Origin: an uncultured Gemmiger sp.
GTDB lineage: Bacteria; Bacillota; Clostridia; Oscillospirales; Ruminococcaceae
Reading direction: 5' to 3'
Length of the DNA stretch: 64,000 nt
NCBI GenBank assembly: GCA_944388245.1
Contig: CALXIA010000004.1
Span: forward strand, 14,900-78,899
A program made the translations under genes and the position numbers. Positions 38,493 to 48,635 of the stretch are shown here, piece by piece. The notes under the pieces are model-generated. The model did no database searches and was not told the DNA's origin. It worked only from the letters and a program-made list of their open reading frames with translations. Every line of letters begins with the position of its first letter. Position 1 is the first letter of the stretch.

Positions 38493-39444
38493 CGTTCGTT
38501 TCTCCTTTCGCGGCGGCCGCCGGCTCCAGCGGCCGGGCCAGCACCCGCTCCACCCGGCGGCTGGCCACCCGCTGCACCGTAAAGGCCACGCCGCCCCATT
38601 CCACCCGGGCGGCCTCGCCCTCGGCGGGGATGTGGCCCAGCCGGTCCACCACCAGGCCCCCCACCGTGTCAAATTCCTCGTCCTCGCCCCGCTCGGGCAG
38701 CGGCAGGCCCAGCGCCTCAAGCAGATCCTCCAGATCCAGCGCCGCGTCCACGCTCACGCTGCCGTCCTCGCAGCGGGTCAGGGGCTCTTCCTCGTTGTCG
38801 TACTCGTCCTGGATGCTGCCCACGATCTCCTCCAGGATGTCCTCCATGGTCACAAGGCCGGCGGTGCCGCCGTACTCGTCCACCACGATGGCGATCAGGC
38901 ATTTTTCCCGCTTGAAATCCAGCAGTAGCTGGCGGGCGGGCCGGCTCTCCGGCACGAACATCGCCTGGCGCACAAAGGGCTCCACCGGGCTGTCCAGCTC
39001 CTCCGGGTGATCCACCAGGCGCAGCAGGTCCTTCACATACAGCATCCCGGCCACGTCGTCCAGCCCGCCCCGGTAGACCGGCAGCCGGCTGTTGCCGCTC
39101 TCCAGCGCCGCCGCCACCGCCTGCCGGCAGCTGGCGGTCAGCTCCACGGCGGTGACGTCGGTGCGGTGGGTCATGATGTCGCCGGCGCTCACCTCGTCCA
39201 GATCAAAGATGTTGTTGATCATCCGCTTCTGGCTGGCGTCGATCTCCTCGTCGGCCGCGTCGTCCATGATCTCCAGAAACTCCTCCTCGGTCACCGGCTC
39301 CTTGTCGCCCAGGCCCACCGGGGCCAGAAGCAGATCCAGCCAGCGGGGCAGGGTCAGCTTTTTGGCCAGCACCCAGCCCACGACAAAACACACAAGCCCC
39401 GCCGCCAGGGCGGCAAACAAAATCCCAAGACCATCCGGGTCCAT
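38479..39444 (-). CDS. CBS/CorC-HlyC (hemolysin family) protein
   Basis: IMTHRTD, SRLPVY, IVVDEYGGTAGLVTMEDILEEIVG, DTVGG. Confidence 0.9.
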   Translation of the reverse strand: MDPDGLGILFAALAAGLVCFVVGWVLAKKLTLPRWLDLLLAPVGLGDKEPVTEEEFLEIMDDAADEEIDASQKRMINNIFDLDEVSAGDIMTHRTDVTAVELTASCRQAVAAALESGNSRLPVYRGGLDDVAGMLYVKDLLRLVDHPEELDSPVEPFVRQAMFVPESRPARQLLLDFKREKCLIAIVVDEYGGTAGLVTMEDILEEIVGSIQDEYDNEEEPLTRCEDGSVSVDAALDLEDLLEALGLPLPERGEDEEFDTVGGLVVDRLGHIPAEGEAARVEWGGVAFTVQRVASRRVERVLARPLEPAAAAKGETNDGAF

Positions 39445-39549
39445 CTGTAAAAACTCCCTCCCGCCGCGCTTGCCGGCGTTTGCTTTTTATTTGTATTGTA
39501 GTAAAAACGACCCCGCCCGTCAAGCGGCGGGCGGGGAAAGAGCGGGGGT

Positions 39550-40155
39550 TCAGGCTGCTTTCGGCACGGCGGGCAGGGGCGCGCCCAGCCGCTGCAGATC
39601 GGCCAGGGTCACCCGGCCGGCCGCCAGCGCGTCGGCCAGCGGCTCGGTGCTGCCGTCCTCGTAGACGGCCGTGATCCCATCCAGGCCGCCGGGCAGGTAG
39701 TAGACGCTGGTCTCGTCCTCGCCCACCCGGGCGAGAACGGCGTCCATGGCCACCCCCTCCTCGGGCAGGCCCTCCAGGGCGGTCACCGCCGGGGCGGTGG
39801 ACTGGGGAGCGGCCAGCATGGACTCCTCGGTCGCCTGGCCGGCCTCCTCGTCAGGGGCCATGGCCATCGCCCGGGGCTCGGCGGCCCCGGCCCCGGCGTC
39901 GTAAGCGGCCATATTCGGCGCGGTGGCGCCGCCCACCGACCCGATGTCTGCCAGGCCGTACCGCAGCACCGGGATGGCCACCAGCACCAGGCAGGCTGCC
40001 GCCAGCAACCCCCCTGCGACCCGCCGCGAGGTCCTGACCACCCGCAGCCGGGGGCTGCCGGCCGCCGCCATGGCCGCCCGGGTGCGGGCTTTCCAGCCCT
40101 CCGGGGCGGTCACCTTGTTCATCGCGCTGCGATAGGCGTCTTCCGGCCGGTTCAT
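39550..40155 (-). CDS. Putative anti-sigma factor (single TM)
   Basis: Overlaps the ECF sigma stop (ATGA); short cytoplasmic N-terminus, AAACLVLV TM, low-complexity outer part. Confidence 0.65.
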   Translation of the reverse strand: MNRPEDAYRSAMNKVTAPEGWKARTRAAMAAAGSPRLRVVRTSRRVAGGLLAAACLVLVAIPVLRYGLADIGSVGGATAPNMAAYDAGAGAAEPRAMAMAPDEEAGQATEESMLAAPQSTAPAVTALEGLPEEGVAMDAVLARVGEDETSVYYLPGGLDGITAVYEDGSTEPLADALAAGRVTLADLQRLGAPLPAVPKAA

Positions 40156-40631
40156 GGCGTATCCTCTCCTTCCAGTTGGTCTTTCAGCTTGGTTCGCGCC
40201 CGGCTCAGCTGGCTGAGCACCGTGTTCTGGCTGCGGCCCAGCAGCCGGGCGATCTCGGCGGTGGAGTATCCCTCTATGTAGTGCAGATACACCACCTGCC
40301 GGTATTTCATCGGCAGCGCCGCCACCGCCTCCAGCACCCCGGTCTCCTCGGGGGTGAAGGCGGGCAGGGTCTCGTCCAGCCCTTCGGTGCGCCGCTGCCA
40401 GGCGCTGCGGAAATGGCTCTTGCACCGGTTGATGGTGGCCCGCAGCAGCCAGGCTTTCTGGTGCTCGGGGCTGGCGAACACCGGCTGGCGCTGCACCAGG
40501 CTCAAAAACACGTCCTGGGCCATGTCCTCCGCGTCGGCCATGTTCTTCACCAGGCCGAAGGCGGTGCGCACCACCATATCGCCGTAGTATTCCAGCGCCT
40601 GTTCGGGGGTGAGAACCTGGGTCGCCGTCAT
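40152..40631 (-). CDS. ECF RNA polymerase sigma factor
   Basis: DAEDMAQDVF, KAWLLRATINRC, LHYIEGYSTAEIA..TVLSQLSRAR. Confidence 0.9.
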   Translation of the reverse strand: MTATQVLTPEQALEYYGDMVVRTAFGLVKNMADAEDMAQDVFLSLVQRQPVFASPEHQKAWLLRATINRCKSHFRSAWQRRTEGLDETLPAFTPEETGVLEAVAALPMKYRQVVYLHYIEGYSTAEIARLLGRSQNTVLSQLSRARTKLKDQLEGEDTP

Positions 40632-40879
40632 GGTGCCCGCCCTTCTTTCCTGTAGGCTTTCGTTTTGCATACGCGCCGGCCTCCCGGATTATTGCATCGT
40701 TGCGCGGCGATCGGCCGCTTTTTCTTATTGTATCGGCTCGGCGGGGGAATTGCAATCGGCCCGGCGGCGGATTTTTTGAAAAGGGGCTTGCGGCGGCGGG
40801 GGTTTTGGATGTAGTATAAAAATGTATGGCGCGGCGCATCCGCGCCCGATGAATTTATGGAAAAAGGGGGTTCCCTTAC

Positions 40880-41725
40880 ATGGAACAATCCGAACGCACC
40901 GCGCTGCGGCGCGCGGCCGCCCAGCTGCGGCTGGATGTGCTGGAAGAGGTGTTCTCGGCGCAGTCCGGCCATCCGGGCGGCTCGCTGAGCAGCGCCGAGA
41001 TCCTGACCTGGCTGTATCATAAGGAGCTGAACATCCGCCCCGCCCAGCCCCGCTGGCCGGATCGGGACCGGTTCGTGCTGAGCAAGGGCCACAGCAGCCC
41101 CGGGCTGTACGCGGCGCTGGCCCGGCGCGGGTTCTTTGACCCGGCGCTGCTGCCCACCTTCCGCAAGAGCGGCTCGATCCTGCAAGGGCACCCCGACATG
41201 AAAAAATGCCCCGGCGTGGACATGACCAGCGGCAGCCTGGGCCAGGGGGTCAGCGCCGCCTGCGGCATGGCCCTGGCCGGCAAGCTGGACGGCGCGGTCT
41301 GGCGGGTGTACACCCTGCTGGGGGACGGCGAGATGGAAGAGGGCCAGGTGTGGGAGGCCGCCATGTTCGCGGCCCACAACAAGCTGGACAACCTGTGCTG
41401 GATCGTGGACTCCAACGGCCTGCAGATCGACGGCCCGGTGGAACAGGTGGCCGGCCCCGGCCCGCTGGACAAAAAGTTCGAGGGCTTCGGCTTCCATGTG
41501 CTGAAGGTGGACGGCCACGACTTTGACGCGCTGGAGGCCGCCTTTGCCGCCGCCCGCGCCGAGAAGGGCCGCCCCACCGTGATCCTGGCCGCCACCGTCA
41601 AGGGCAAGGGGGTCAGCTTTATGGAGAACCAGGTGGGCTGGCACGGCAAGGCCCCCAACGCCGAGCAGTACGCCCAGGCGAAACAGGAACTGGAGGCCGA
41701 ACTGGCCCGCTGGGAGGTGGAGTAA
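40880..41725 (+). CDS. Transketolase, N-terminal (TPP-binding) subunit
   Basis: SGHPGGSLS, DRFVLSKGH, GSLGQG, GDGE..EG..WEA, KGKG..WH. Confidence 0.93.
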   Translation: MEQSERTALRRAAAQLRLDVLEEVFSAQSGHPGGSLSSAEILTWLYHKELNIRPAQPRWPDRDRFVLSKGHSSPGLYAALARRGFFDPALLPTFRKSGSILQGHPDMKKCPGVDMTSGSLGQGVSAACGMALAGKLDGAVWRVYTLLGDGEMEEGQVWEAAMFAAHNKLDNLCWIVDSNGLQIDGPVEQVAGPGPLDKKFEGFGFHVLKVDGHDFDALEAAFAAARAEKGRPTVILAATVKGKGVSFMENQVGWHGKAPNAEQYAQAKQELEAELARWEVE

Positions 41726-42676
41726 ATGGAACCGATCAAGGAAGCGACCCGGGTGAGTTTCGGCAAAGCGCTGGCGGAACTGGCCCCTGAATACCCCGGT
41801 CTGGTGGTGCTGGACGCGGATCTGGCCGCGGCCACCCGCACTGACATCTTCGCCAAAGCCTGGCCCGACCGGTTCATCGACTGCGGCATCGCGGAGTGCA
41901 ACATGGTGGGCGTGGCGGCGGGCCTGGCGGCCGCCGGCAAGATCCCGGTGGCGGCCAGTTTCGCCATGTTCAGCGCCGGCCGCGCCTTTGAGCAGATCCG
42001 CAACTCGGTGGGCTATCCCCACCTGAACGTGAAGATCGCCGGCAGCCACGCCGGCGTGAGCGTGGGCGAGGACGGCGCCACCCACCAGTGCCTGGAGGAT
42101 CTGGCCCTGATGCGCACCATCCCCGGCATGACGGTGCTCTGCCCGGCGGACGCCTTCTCCATGCGGGAGGCGGTGCGGGCCATGCTGGACTACCAGGGCC
42201 CGGTGTACATCCGGCTGGGCCGCCTGGCGGTGAACAGCATCTACCACGACCGCCCCGCCGGCTGGCTGCGGATCGGCAAGGGCGAGCTGCTGCGCAACGG
42301 CGCCGACGTGACCCTGCTGGCCACCGGCCTGGAGGTGCAGGAGGCCCTGATCGCCGCCGAACGGCTGGCCGAGCAGGGGGTCAGCGCCGCCGTGGCGGAC
42401 CTGCACACCCTCAAGCCGCTGGACGGGGAACTGGTGGCCGACCTGGCCCGCCGGACCGGCGCGGTGGTCACCGCCGAGGAGCACAACGCCATCGGCGGGC
42501 TGGGGGACGCGGTGCTGGCCGCCCTGGCCGACGCCGACGTGCGGGTGCCCCTGGAGAAGGTGGCCGTGCAGGACGTGTTCGGCCATTCCGGCAAGGGCGA
42601 CCAGCTGCTGGACGAGTTCGGCCTGCGGGCCGGGGACATCGTCGCGGCCGCGCTGCGTGCCATCGCCCGCAAGTGA
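41726..42676 (+). CDS. Transketolase, C-terminal subunit
   Basis: GIAE.NM, EDGATHQ, YIRLGR, TAEEH..GGLG. Confidence 0.93.
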   Translation: MEPIKEATRVSFGKALAELAPEYPGLVVLDADLAAATRTDIFAKAWPDRFIDCGIAECNMVGVAAGLAAAGKIPVAASFAMFSAGRAFEQIRNSVGYPHLNVKIAGSHAGVSVGEDGATHQCLEDLALMRTIPGMTVLCPADAFSMREAVRAMLDYQGPVYIRLGRLAVNSIYHDRPAGWLRIGKGELLRNGADVTLLATGLEVQEALIAAERLAEQGVSAAVADLHTLKPLDGELVADLARRTGAVVTAEEHNAIGGLGDAVLAALADADVRVPLEKVAVQDVFGHSGKGDQLLDEFGLRAGDIVAAALRAIARK

Positions 42677-42735
42677 TCCCATTCGAGCCGCGTCTTGCCG
42701 ACGCGGCTCCTTTTACAAGACAGGAGGAGACAGCC

Positions 42736-43263
42736 ATGCACGAGCTTCTTGTGATCGTGGATATGCAGAACGATTTTCTCACCGGGGCCCTGGGCACCGC
42801 GGAGGGGCAGGCCATCCTGCCCGCCGTGACCGATCTTGTCCGCGGCTGGGCCGGGGAGCTGGTCTTTACCCGGGACACCCACACCCCTGACTACCTGAAC
42901 ACCCAGGAGGGCAAAAACCTGCCGGTGGTGCACTGCGTCAAGGGCACCGAGGGCTGGCAGCTGGCCGGGGAACTGGACGCGCTGGCCAAACAGCGGGGCT
43001 GCAAGGTGTTCGACAAGCCGGCCTTCGGCAGCACCGAACTGGCCCACTGGGCCGCCGCCCGCCACGCCCAGCAGCCCTTTGACCGGATCAGCCTGGCGGG
43101 GGTCTGCACCGACATCTGCGTCATCAGCAACGCGCTGCTGCTCAAAGCCGCCCTGCCGGAGGTGCCGGTGCAGGTGTACGGGTCCCTGTGCGCCGGGGTC
43201 TCCCCCGAGAGCCATACCCGGGCGCTGGAGGCCATGCGGGTCTGCCAGGTCCAGGTGGTATGA
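42736..43263 (+). CDS. Cysteine hydrolase (nicotinamidase/isochorismatase family)
   Basis: VDMQNDF, TRDTH, HC..GTEGW, DK..FGS, GVCTDICV. Confidence 0.9.
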   Translation: MHELLVIVDMQNDFLTGALGTAEGQAILPAVTDLVRGWAGELVFTRDTHTPDYLNTQEGKNLPVVHCVKGTEGWQLAGELDALAKQRGCKVFDKPAFGSTELAHWAAARHAQQPFDRISLAGVCTDICVISNALLLKAALPEVPVQVYGSLCAGVSPESHTRALEAMRVCQVQVV

Positions 43264-43892
43264 GCGGGCTGCGCATCCTGGCGCCCGCGCTGCCCGAAAC
43301 GCTGGCCGACATCGGCTTTTGGCCGGACGGCGATGTGTCCGGCGCCCGGCTGCGGGGGCTGAGCCTGAGCGGCGAGGACCGGCGGGAGTGCCGGCTGGAG
43401 GGCTGCCGGGTGGAGAGTTGCCGATTGCTGGGCTGCGATCTGCGGGGGGCGGTGTTCCGGGACTGTGAACTGGTCAACTGCGATCTGTCCGGCTGCAATC
43501 TGCGGGACGCCTGGTTTTTGCGCTGCACCCTTTCCGGGGTGCGGGCGGACGGCGCGGACCTGAGCGGCGCCCGGCTGGAACATCTGGTGCTGCGGGAATC
43601 CCGGCTGGAAGGGGCCAACCTGGAAGGGGCCAGCCTGGCGGGCTGCGCGCTGGCGGACTGCCGGCTGGCCGGCGCCTGGCTGACCCGGCTGCGGGCCCGG
43701 GACTGGCGGCTGGAGCGGTGCGATCTGACCCGGGCCAGCGTGGTGGGCACCCCGCTGCGGGGCCAGGACCTGAGCGAGTGCGGCATCGAGGGGCTGGTGC
43801 TCTCGGAATCCGCCGCCGAGCTGCGGGGGGCGGTGGTCAGCGGGCTGCAGGCGGTGGAACTGGCCCGGCTGCTGGGGGTCGTGGTGCGCTGA
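43260..43892 (+). CDS. Pentapeptide repeat protein
   Basis: Repeating (A/C)(D/N)LxG pentapeptides; C-terminal QAVELARLLGVVV helix-strand; ATGA overlap. Confidence 0.88.
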   Translation: MSGLRILAPALPETLADIGFWPDGDVSGARLRGLSLSGEDRRECRLEGCRVESCRLLGCDLRGAVFRDCELVNCDLSGCNLRDAWFLRCTLSGVRADGADLSGARLEHLVLRESRLEGANLEGASLAGCALADCRLAGAWLTRLRARDWRLERCDLTRASVVGTPLRGQDLSECGIEGLVLSESAAELRGAVVSGLQAVELARLLGVVVR

Positions 43893-44083
43893 CCGGCCGC
43901 TGCGCAAAGCGGGGCGCGGGGGCGGGCGAAAAGGCCCGCTCCCGCGCTTTTTCTGCGCCCGGTTTGCCTTTTTGGGCCGTGCATGGTATACTATCCATGT
44001 ATCTGCTTTTTGCCGGGCGGGGAAAACGCCCGCCCCGGCTGGATTCTGCCCGCGCCGCGGGCGTGATAAAGGAGAACGGATCT

Positions 44084-45673
44084 ATGCGCACAGGATGGAC
44101 CCAGAAGCTGCTCGGCTGGCTCACCAGCCAGGTCGCCGTCTATGTGGTGAGCGGTCTGTTGGTGATAACGGTGCTGACCGGCGTGGTGCTGTATGTGAAC
44201 GGCATCCATGACGAGACGCCGGAACCTGTCTCCGGCAGCACGGTGGACTGGGAGCGGGAGGACGAGAGCTACGACATTGAGGGCGGCGTGATCGACGTGG
44301 AGGTCTACGAGGGCACTGTGCTGCCCGAGACCGAGGACGCCGGCCAGGACTATCTGGACGAGACCCTCTTCATCGGGGATTCCAACACCTACCGGTACAT
44401 GATGTACGGCTCCGACGATGAGACCCCCTTCACCACCCTGCAGAACACCATCGGGGTGGTGTCCATGGGGGCGGGGGCCATCACCAGCCTCAAGTGCGAG
44501 GAGTTTGTGGGCTACTCCGAACCGGTCACCATCCCGGAGGCGGTCAAGATCATGCAGCCCCGCCGCATCATCATCTGCTTCGGCACCAACAACCTGTCCG
44601 CCGCGGGGCGGGGCACCGACACCTTCATCGAACAGTACAGCAAGGGCCTGGCCGCCATCCACAAGGCCTATCCCTACGCGGACATCATCGTGAGCGCCGT
44701 GCCCCCGCTGGACAAACAGCGCAGCAACACCGCCCTGAGCATGACCCAGGTGGACGAGTTCAACCAGGCCATCGTGGCCATGTGCGAGGAGGAGGGCTAC
44801 AAGTTCCTGGATTCCAGCGAGGCCCTCAAGGACGAGACCACCGGCTGGGCCAAGAAGGACTACACCCTGTCGGACGGGGTGCACCTGTCCAAGGACGGGG
44901 TCACCGCCTACATGGAGTATGTGCGCACCCACGCCTACATCACCGAGGACACCCGGCCCAAGCCCCTCAAGACCATCCCCAAGGCCAAGGGCACCCCGCC
45001 GGGCCTGATCAGCCAGGACCCCATTGCCATACGCGGCCAGGGCAGCAACCTGGTGCCGGTGGAGTTCCTGGCCTCGGAGGGCGGCTACATCGAGGGGGTT
45101 ACCAGCCAGTCGGTGGCAAAGGGCGCCGCCTGCGGCACCGTGCGGGCCGTGGCCAACGAGGGCTACGCCTTCGCCTACTGGACCATCGAGCCGGTGGGCA
45201 GCAGCGGCGGCGCGGGGGATACCCTGACCTTTGTGGTGCCCGCCGACGCGGACGCCAACGGCGTGGTGATCAAGGCCTACTTCACCGCGGTGGTGGTGGA
45301 GCCGACCCCGTCGCCCTCGCCCTCGCCGTCGCCCACCCCCACCGCCACCCCGAATGTGACGGCCACCCCCGGCGCGACCGCCAGCCCGAGCGTGACGGCC
45401 AGCCCGGAGGTGACCGCCAGCCCGGAGGTGACCGCTACCCCGAACGTGACGGCCACCCCAAACGTGACCGCCACCCCGAATGTGACCGCCACCCCGGTGC
45501 CGGCTACTCCGGTGCCGGCTACCCCGGTGCCGGCCACCCCCGAACCCACCCCGGAACCGGCGGCCACGGCACAGCCCGCCCCGCCGGATAACGGGGGCAG
45601 CGCGGTCACCGACACCGTCACCCCGCCGGCCGGGGAATCGCAGCCGGCCGGGGAGACGTCGCCCGCTGCCTGA
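44084..45673 (+). CDS. Membrane-anchored SGNH/GDSL hydrolase with beta-repeat domain and Pro/Thr-rich tail
   Basis: FIGDS, GTNN, DGVH blocks; AVANEGYAFAYW repeat domain. Confidence 0.85.
   Translation: MRTGWTQKLLGWLTSQVAVYVVSGLLVITVLTGVVLYVNGIHDETPEPVSGSTVDWEREDESYDIEGGVIDVEVYEGTVLPETEDAGQDYLDETLFIGDSNTYRYMMYGSDDETPFTTLQNTIGVVSMGAGAITSLKCEEFVGYSEPVTIPEAVKIMQPRRIIICFGTNNLSAAGRGTDTFIEQYSKGLAAIHKAYPYADIIVSAVPPLDKQRSNTALSMTQVDEFNQAIVAMCEEEGYKFLDSSEALKDETTGWAKKDYTLSDGVHLSKDGVTAYMEYVRTHAYITEDTRPKPLKTIPKAKGTPPGLISQDPIAIRGQGSNLVPVEFLASEGGYIEGVTSQSVAKGAACGTVRAVANEGYAFAYWTIEPVGSSGGAGDTLTFVVPADADANGVVIKAYFTAVVVEPTPSPSPSPSPTPTATPNVTATPGATASPSVTASPEVTASPEVTATPNVTATPNVTATPNVTATPVPATPVPATPVPATPEPTPEPAATAQPAPPDNGGSAVTDTVTPPAGESQPAGETSPAA
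45299..45560 (+). repeat. Coding tandem repeats (VTATPN, VTASPE, VPATP)
   Basis: 18-nt and 15-nt imperfect tandem units. Confidence 0.85.
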
Positions 45674-45769
45674 GTGTTGCGCGGCCGAAGCGGAAACGGA
45701 TTTCGCTTCGGCTGCTTTTTCGTCCCACCGGCGGCCCCGCCGCCCCGCTTTGAAAGGAGAAGATCCGCC

Positions 45770-47539
45770 ATGTCCCAACAGCAGGACCGGCGCAGCATGC
45801 CCAGCGGCACCCTGATCCGCCGCTTCTGGCCCTACATGCGGCCCTATCGCAAGACCCTGTGCGTGGATCTGTTCTGCGCCGCCCTGACCACCGTCTGTGA
45901 ACTGGTGCTGCCGCTGCTCATGCGCACCATCACCGACACCGCCACCGCCGACCTGGCCGCCCTGACTGTGGGGCTGGTGCTGAAGCTGGCGGGGCTGTAT
46001 CTGGTGCTGCGGATCATCGACGGCGTCGCCGCCTACTACATGGCCAGCATCGGCCACATCATGGGGGTGCATGTGGAGACCGACATGCGCCGGGACGCCT
46101 TCGCCCATCTGCAGAAACTCAGCGACAGCTACTACGCCAACACCAAGGTGGGCCAGATCATGGGCCGGATCACCAACGACCTGTTCGACGTGACCGAGTT
46201 CGCCCACCACTGCCCGGAGGAGTTCTTCATCGCGGGCATCAAGATTCTGGCCTCCTTTGTGATCCTGTGCCGGGTCAACCTGCTGCTCACGGTGCTGCTG
46301 TTCCTCTGCGTGCCGCTGATGGCGGTGGTCTCCACCATCATCAACCAGCGCCAGCGGGCGGCCTTCCGCCGCCAGCGGGTGCAGATCGGGGAACTGAACG
46401 CCCGCATTGAGGACAGCCTGCTGGGCGAGCGGGTGGTCAAGGCCTTCGCCGCCGAGGGGGTGGAACAGGCCAAGTTCGCCCAGGACAACGAGCGGTTCCA
46501 GGACATCAAGACCCACACCTACTACATCATGGCCGCCTTCCAGACCAGCACCCGCCTGTTCGACGGGCTGATGTATCTGGTGGTGCTGCTGGCCGGCGGG
46601 CTGTTCATCGTCTACCGGCGGATCACCCCCGGCGACCTGGTGGCCTACATGCTCTATGTGAGCACCCTGATCGCTACCATCCGCCGGATCGTGGAGTTTG
46701 CCGAGCAGTTCCAGCGGGGCATGACCGGCATCGAGCGGTTCTGCGAGATCATGGACGCGGACGTGGAGATCTTCGACGAGCCCGGCGCCGAGCCGCTGCG
46801 GGTGGAGCGGGGCGAGATCTGCCTGGAGGACGTGAGCTTCGAGTACCCGGACGACCACAACAAGGTGCTGCGGCATGTGGATCTGCGGGTGCGGCCCGGG
46901 GAGAAGCTGGCGCTGGTGGGGCCGTCGGGCGGCGGCAAGACCACCCTGTGCAACCTGATCCCCCGGTTCTACGACGTGACCAGCGGCCGCATCACCATCG
47001 ACGGCCAGGACGTGCGCCAGGTCACCCTGGAGAGCCTGCGCCGGGCCATCGGCATCGTGCAGCAGGACGTGTATCTGTTCAGCGGCACGGTGTATGAGAA
47101 CATCGCCTACGGCAAGCCGGAGGGCGCCAGCCGGGAGGAGGTCATCCAGGCGGCGAAGCTGGCCGGCGCGGACGAGTTCATCCGCAACCTGAAACACGGC
47201 TACGACACCTACGTGGGCGAGCGAGGGGTGAAGCTGAGCGGCGGCCAGAAGCAGCGCATCAGCATCGCCCGGGTGTTTTTGAAAAACCCGCCCATCCTGA
47301 TCCTGGACGAGGCCACCAGCGCGCTGGACAACGAGAGCGAGGTGCTGGTGAACCGCAGCCTGGAGCAGCTGGCCAAGGGGCGCACCACCCTGACCATCGC
47401 CCACCGGCTGACCACCATCCAGGACGCCGACCGTATCCTGGTGCTGGACGAGGGCGGCATCCAGGAGCAGGGCACCCACGCGGAACTGCTGGCCAAGGGC
47501 GGCGCCTACGCCCGGCTGTGGAACCGCACCCTGCGGTAA
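45770..47539 (+). CDS. ABC exporter, fused permease/ATPase
   Basis: TMD plus GPSGGGKTT, LSGGQKQR, LDEATSALD, AHRL. Confidence 0.93.
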   Translation: MSQQQDRRSMPSGTLIRRFWPYMRPYRKTLCVDLFCAALTTVCELVLPLLMRTITDTATADLAALTVGLVLKLAGLYLVLRIIDGVAAYYMASIGHIMGVHVETDMRRDAFAHLQKLSDSYYANTKVGQIMGRITNDLFDVTEFAHHCPEEFFIAGIKILASFVILCRVNLLLTVLLFLCVPLMAVVSTIINQRQRAAFRRQRVQIGELNARIEDSLLGERVVKAFAAEGVEQAKFAQDNERFQDIKTHTYYIMAAFQTSTRLFDGLMYLVVLLAGGLFIVYRRITPGDLVAYMLYVSTLIATIRRIVEFAEQFQRGMTGIERFCEIMDADVEIFDEPGAEPLRVERGEICLEDVSFEYPDDHNKVLRHVDLRVRPGEKLALVGPSGGGKTTLCNLIPRFYDVTSGRITIDGQDVRQVTLESLRRAIGIVQQDVYLFSGTVYENIAYGKPEGASREEVIQAAKLAGADEFIRNLKHGYDTYVGERGVKLSGGQKQRISIARVFLKNPPILILDEATSALDNESEVLVNRSLEQLAKGRTTLTIAHRLTTIQDADRILVLDEGGIQEQGTHAELLAKGGAYARLWNRTLR

Positions 47540-47560
47540 AGCCCCGCCGACAAGGAAAAA

Positions 47561-47595
47561 CAGGCCGGTGCGCGAGCGGATCGCGCACCGGCCTG
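47561..47595. terminator. Hairpin terminator between convergent genes
   Basis: CAGGCCGGTGCGCGA-GCGGA-TCGCGCACCGGCCTG preceded by an A run. Confidence 0.7.
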
Positions 47596-47619
47596 CTGCC
47601 GTTTGGGGTATGGGGAAGG

Positions 47620-48336
47620 TCAGTCGGTGGGCCAGATGTCGGCGTTCTCCATCGACACCTCCGGCGCGGCGGCCTCGGCGGTGTCCTGGGCGGCGGAGTC
47701 GGCCGGCGCGGCCGCCTCGGCCCCGTCGTCGGTGACCACCTCGGCCGAGACCTGGGCCTGGGCGCCGAAGTCCGCCCCCGCGGCCGCCTCCTCGCTGGTC
47801 AGCGGCGGCACCGCCGTCTGGCTGGCCGCGCCGCCGTCCGCGCCGGAGGTGCCGTCCGCCGGCAGGGTCAGGGCGGTCACCTCGCCGGAGGGCTGGCTCA
47901 GCAGATAGGCCCCCACCGGCTCCTGCTTATACACCAGCAGCACCCCGCTCACCGTTTCCTCGCCGGTGCTGCGGCCCGGGCACAGCGCCACCCATTTCTC
48001 CACCGTCTTGCCCTTGCAGCCGGCCAGATCCAGCCCGCTGGCCTTCACCACCTCGTTGAAGGCCGAAAAACTGTCGTCCCACTTTTTGGGCACCTTCACC
48101 TTATCCACCGTGGTGTTGGCCAGATCCACCTCCAGCCCGTACCCGCTGAAAAAGGCCGCGATGTCCTGGGTGGTCTCGATGGACGCCGGCGCCCCCGCGG
48201 GCAGCGCCGACGCGCTCTGGACCTGCGAATACCGGCTCACGCCGTACACGGTGCCCGCCAGCAGCGCCCCGCATACCGCCAGCGCGCCCAGCCGTTTCAC
48301 CGCGTTTTTGTTCAGTGTCAGCACAAACATGACCAT
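47620..48336 (-). CDS. DUF4830-like membrane-anchored protein with acidic tail
   Basis: MFVLTL start, TM, FFSGYG.EV..VP..WD..F..FN..GLDL..KGK pattern. Confidence 0.7.
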   Translation of the reverse strand: MVMFVLTLNKNAVKRLGALAVCGALLAGTVYGVSRYSQVQSASALPAGAPASIETTQDIAAFFSGYGLEVDLANTTVDKVKVPKKWDDSFSAFNEVVKASGLDLAGCKGKTVEKWVALCPGRSTGEETVSGVLLVYKQEPVGAYLLSQPSGEVTALTLPADGTSGADGGAASQTAVPPLTSEEAAAGADFGAQAQVSAEVVTDDGAEAAAPADSAAQDTAEAAAPEVSMENADIWPTD

Positions 48337-48434
48337 TACTCCTCCCTTTGAAGCTGCGGCATTTGTATATGCTTATTCCGCCTGCCCCCGGCAATATGCC
48401 CGCCCGGCAGGATTCTTTTTCCTGGGAAAAGGGC

Positions 48435-48463
48435 TTGACACGGCCGCCCGTGTGTGCTATACT
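48435..48463 (+). promoter_or_regulatory. Sigma-A promoter of tRNA-Met
   Basis: TTGACA-N17-TATACT with extended TG. Confidence 0.8.
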
Positions 48464-48492
48464 AATCAAGCACCCCAAGAAGGGGCCAATAT

Positions 48493-48569
<77 letters not shown>

Positions 48570-48599
48570 TGTTGCCTTAACAAAAAAGATATAAGGCCG

Positions 48600-48635
48600 A
48601 AAAAGCCCGCAAACAAGCCGTTTGCGGGCTTTTTT
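48600..48635 (+). terminator. Terminator downstream of the tRNA
   Basis: AAAAAGCCCGCAAAC-AAGCC-GTTTGCGGGCTTTTT. Confidence 0.8.

Noticed and set aside
40880-42676. Transketolase split in two ORFs as a possible pseudogene
   Set aside because: Two-subunit transketolases are common in Clostridia; both halves are intact and the second has a GGAGG RBS
47605-47617. GGGGTATGGGGAA resembling a repeat terminus, just past the DUF4830-like gene stop
   Set aside because: Too short and lacks the partner arm; may be a remnant but cannot be supported
48600-48635. AAAGCCCGC hairpin similar to the central hairpin of the repeat family
   Set aside because: No A or B modules nearby; adequately explained as the tRNA terminator
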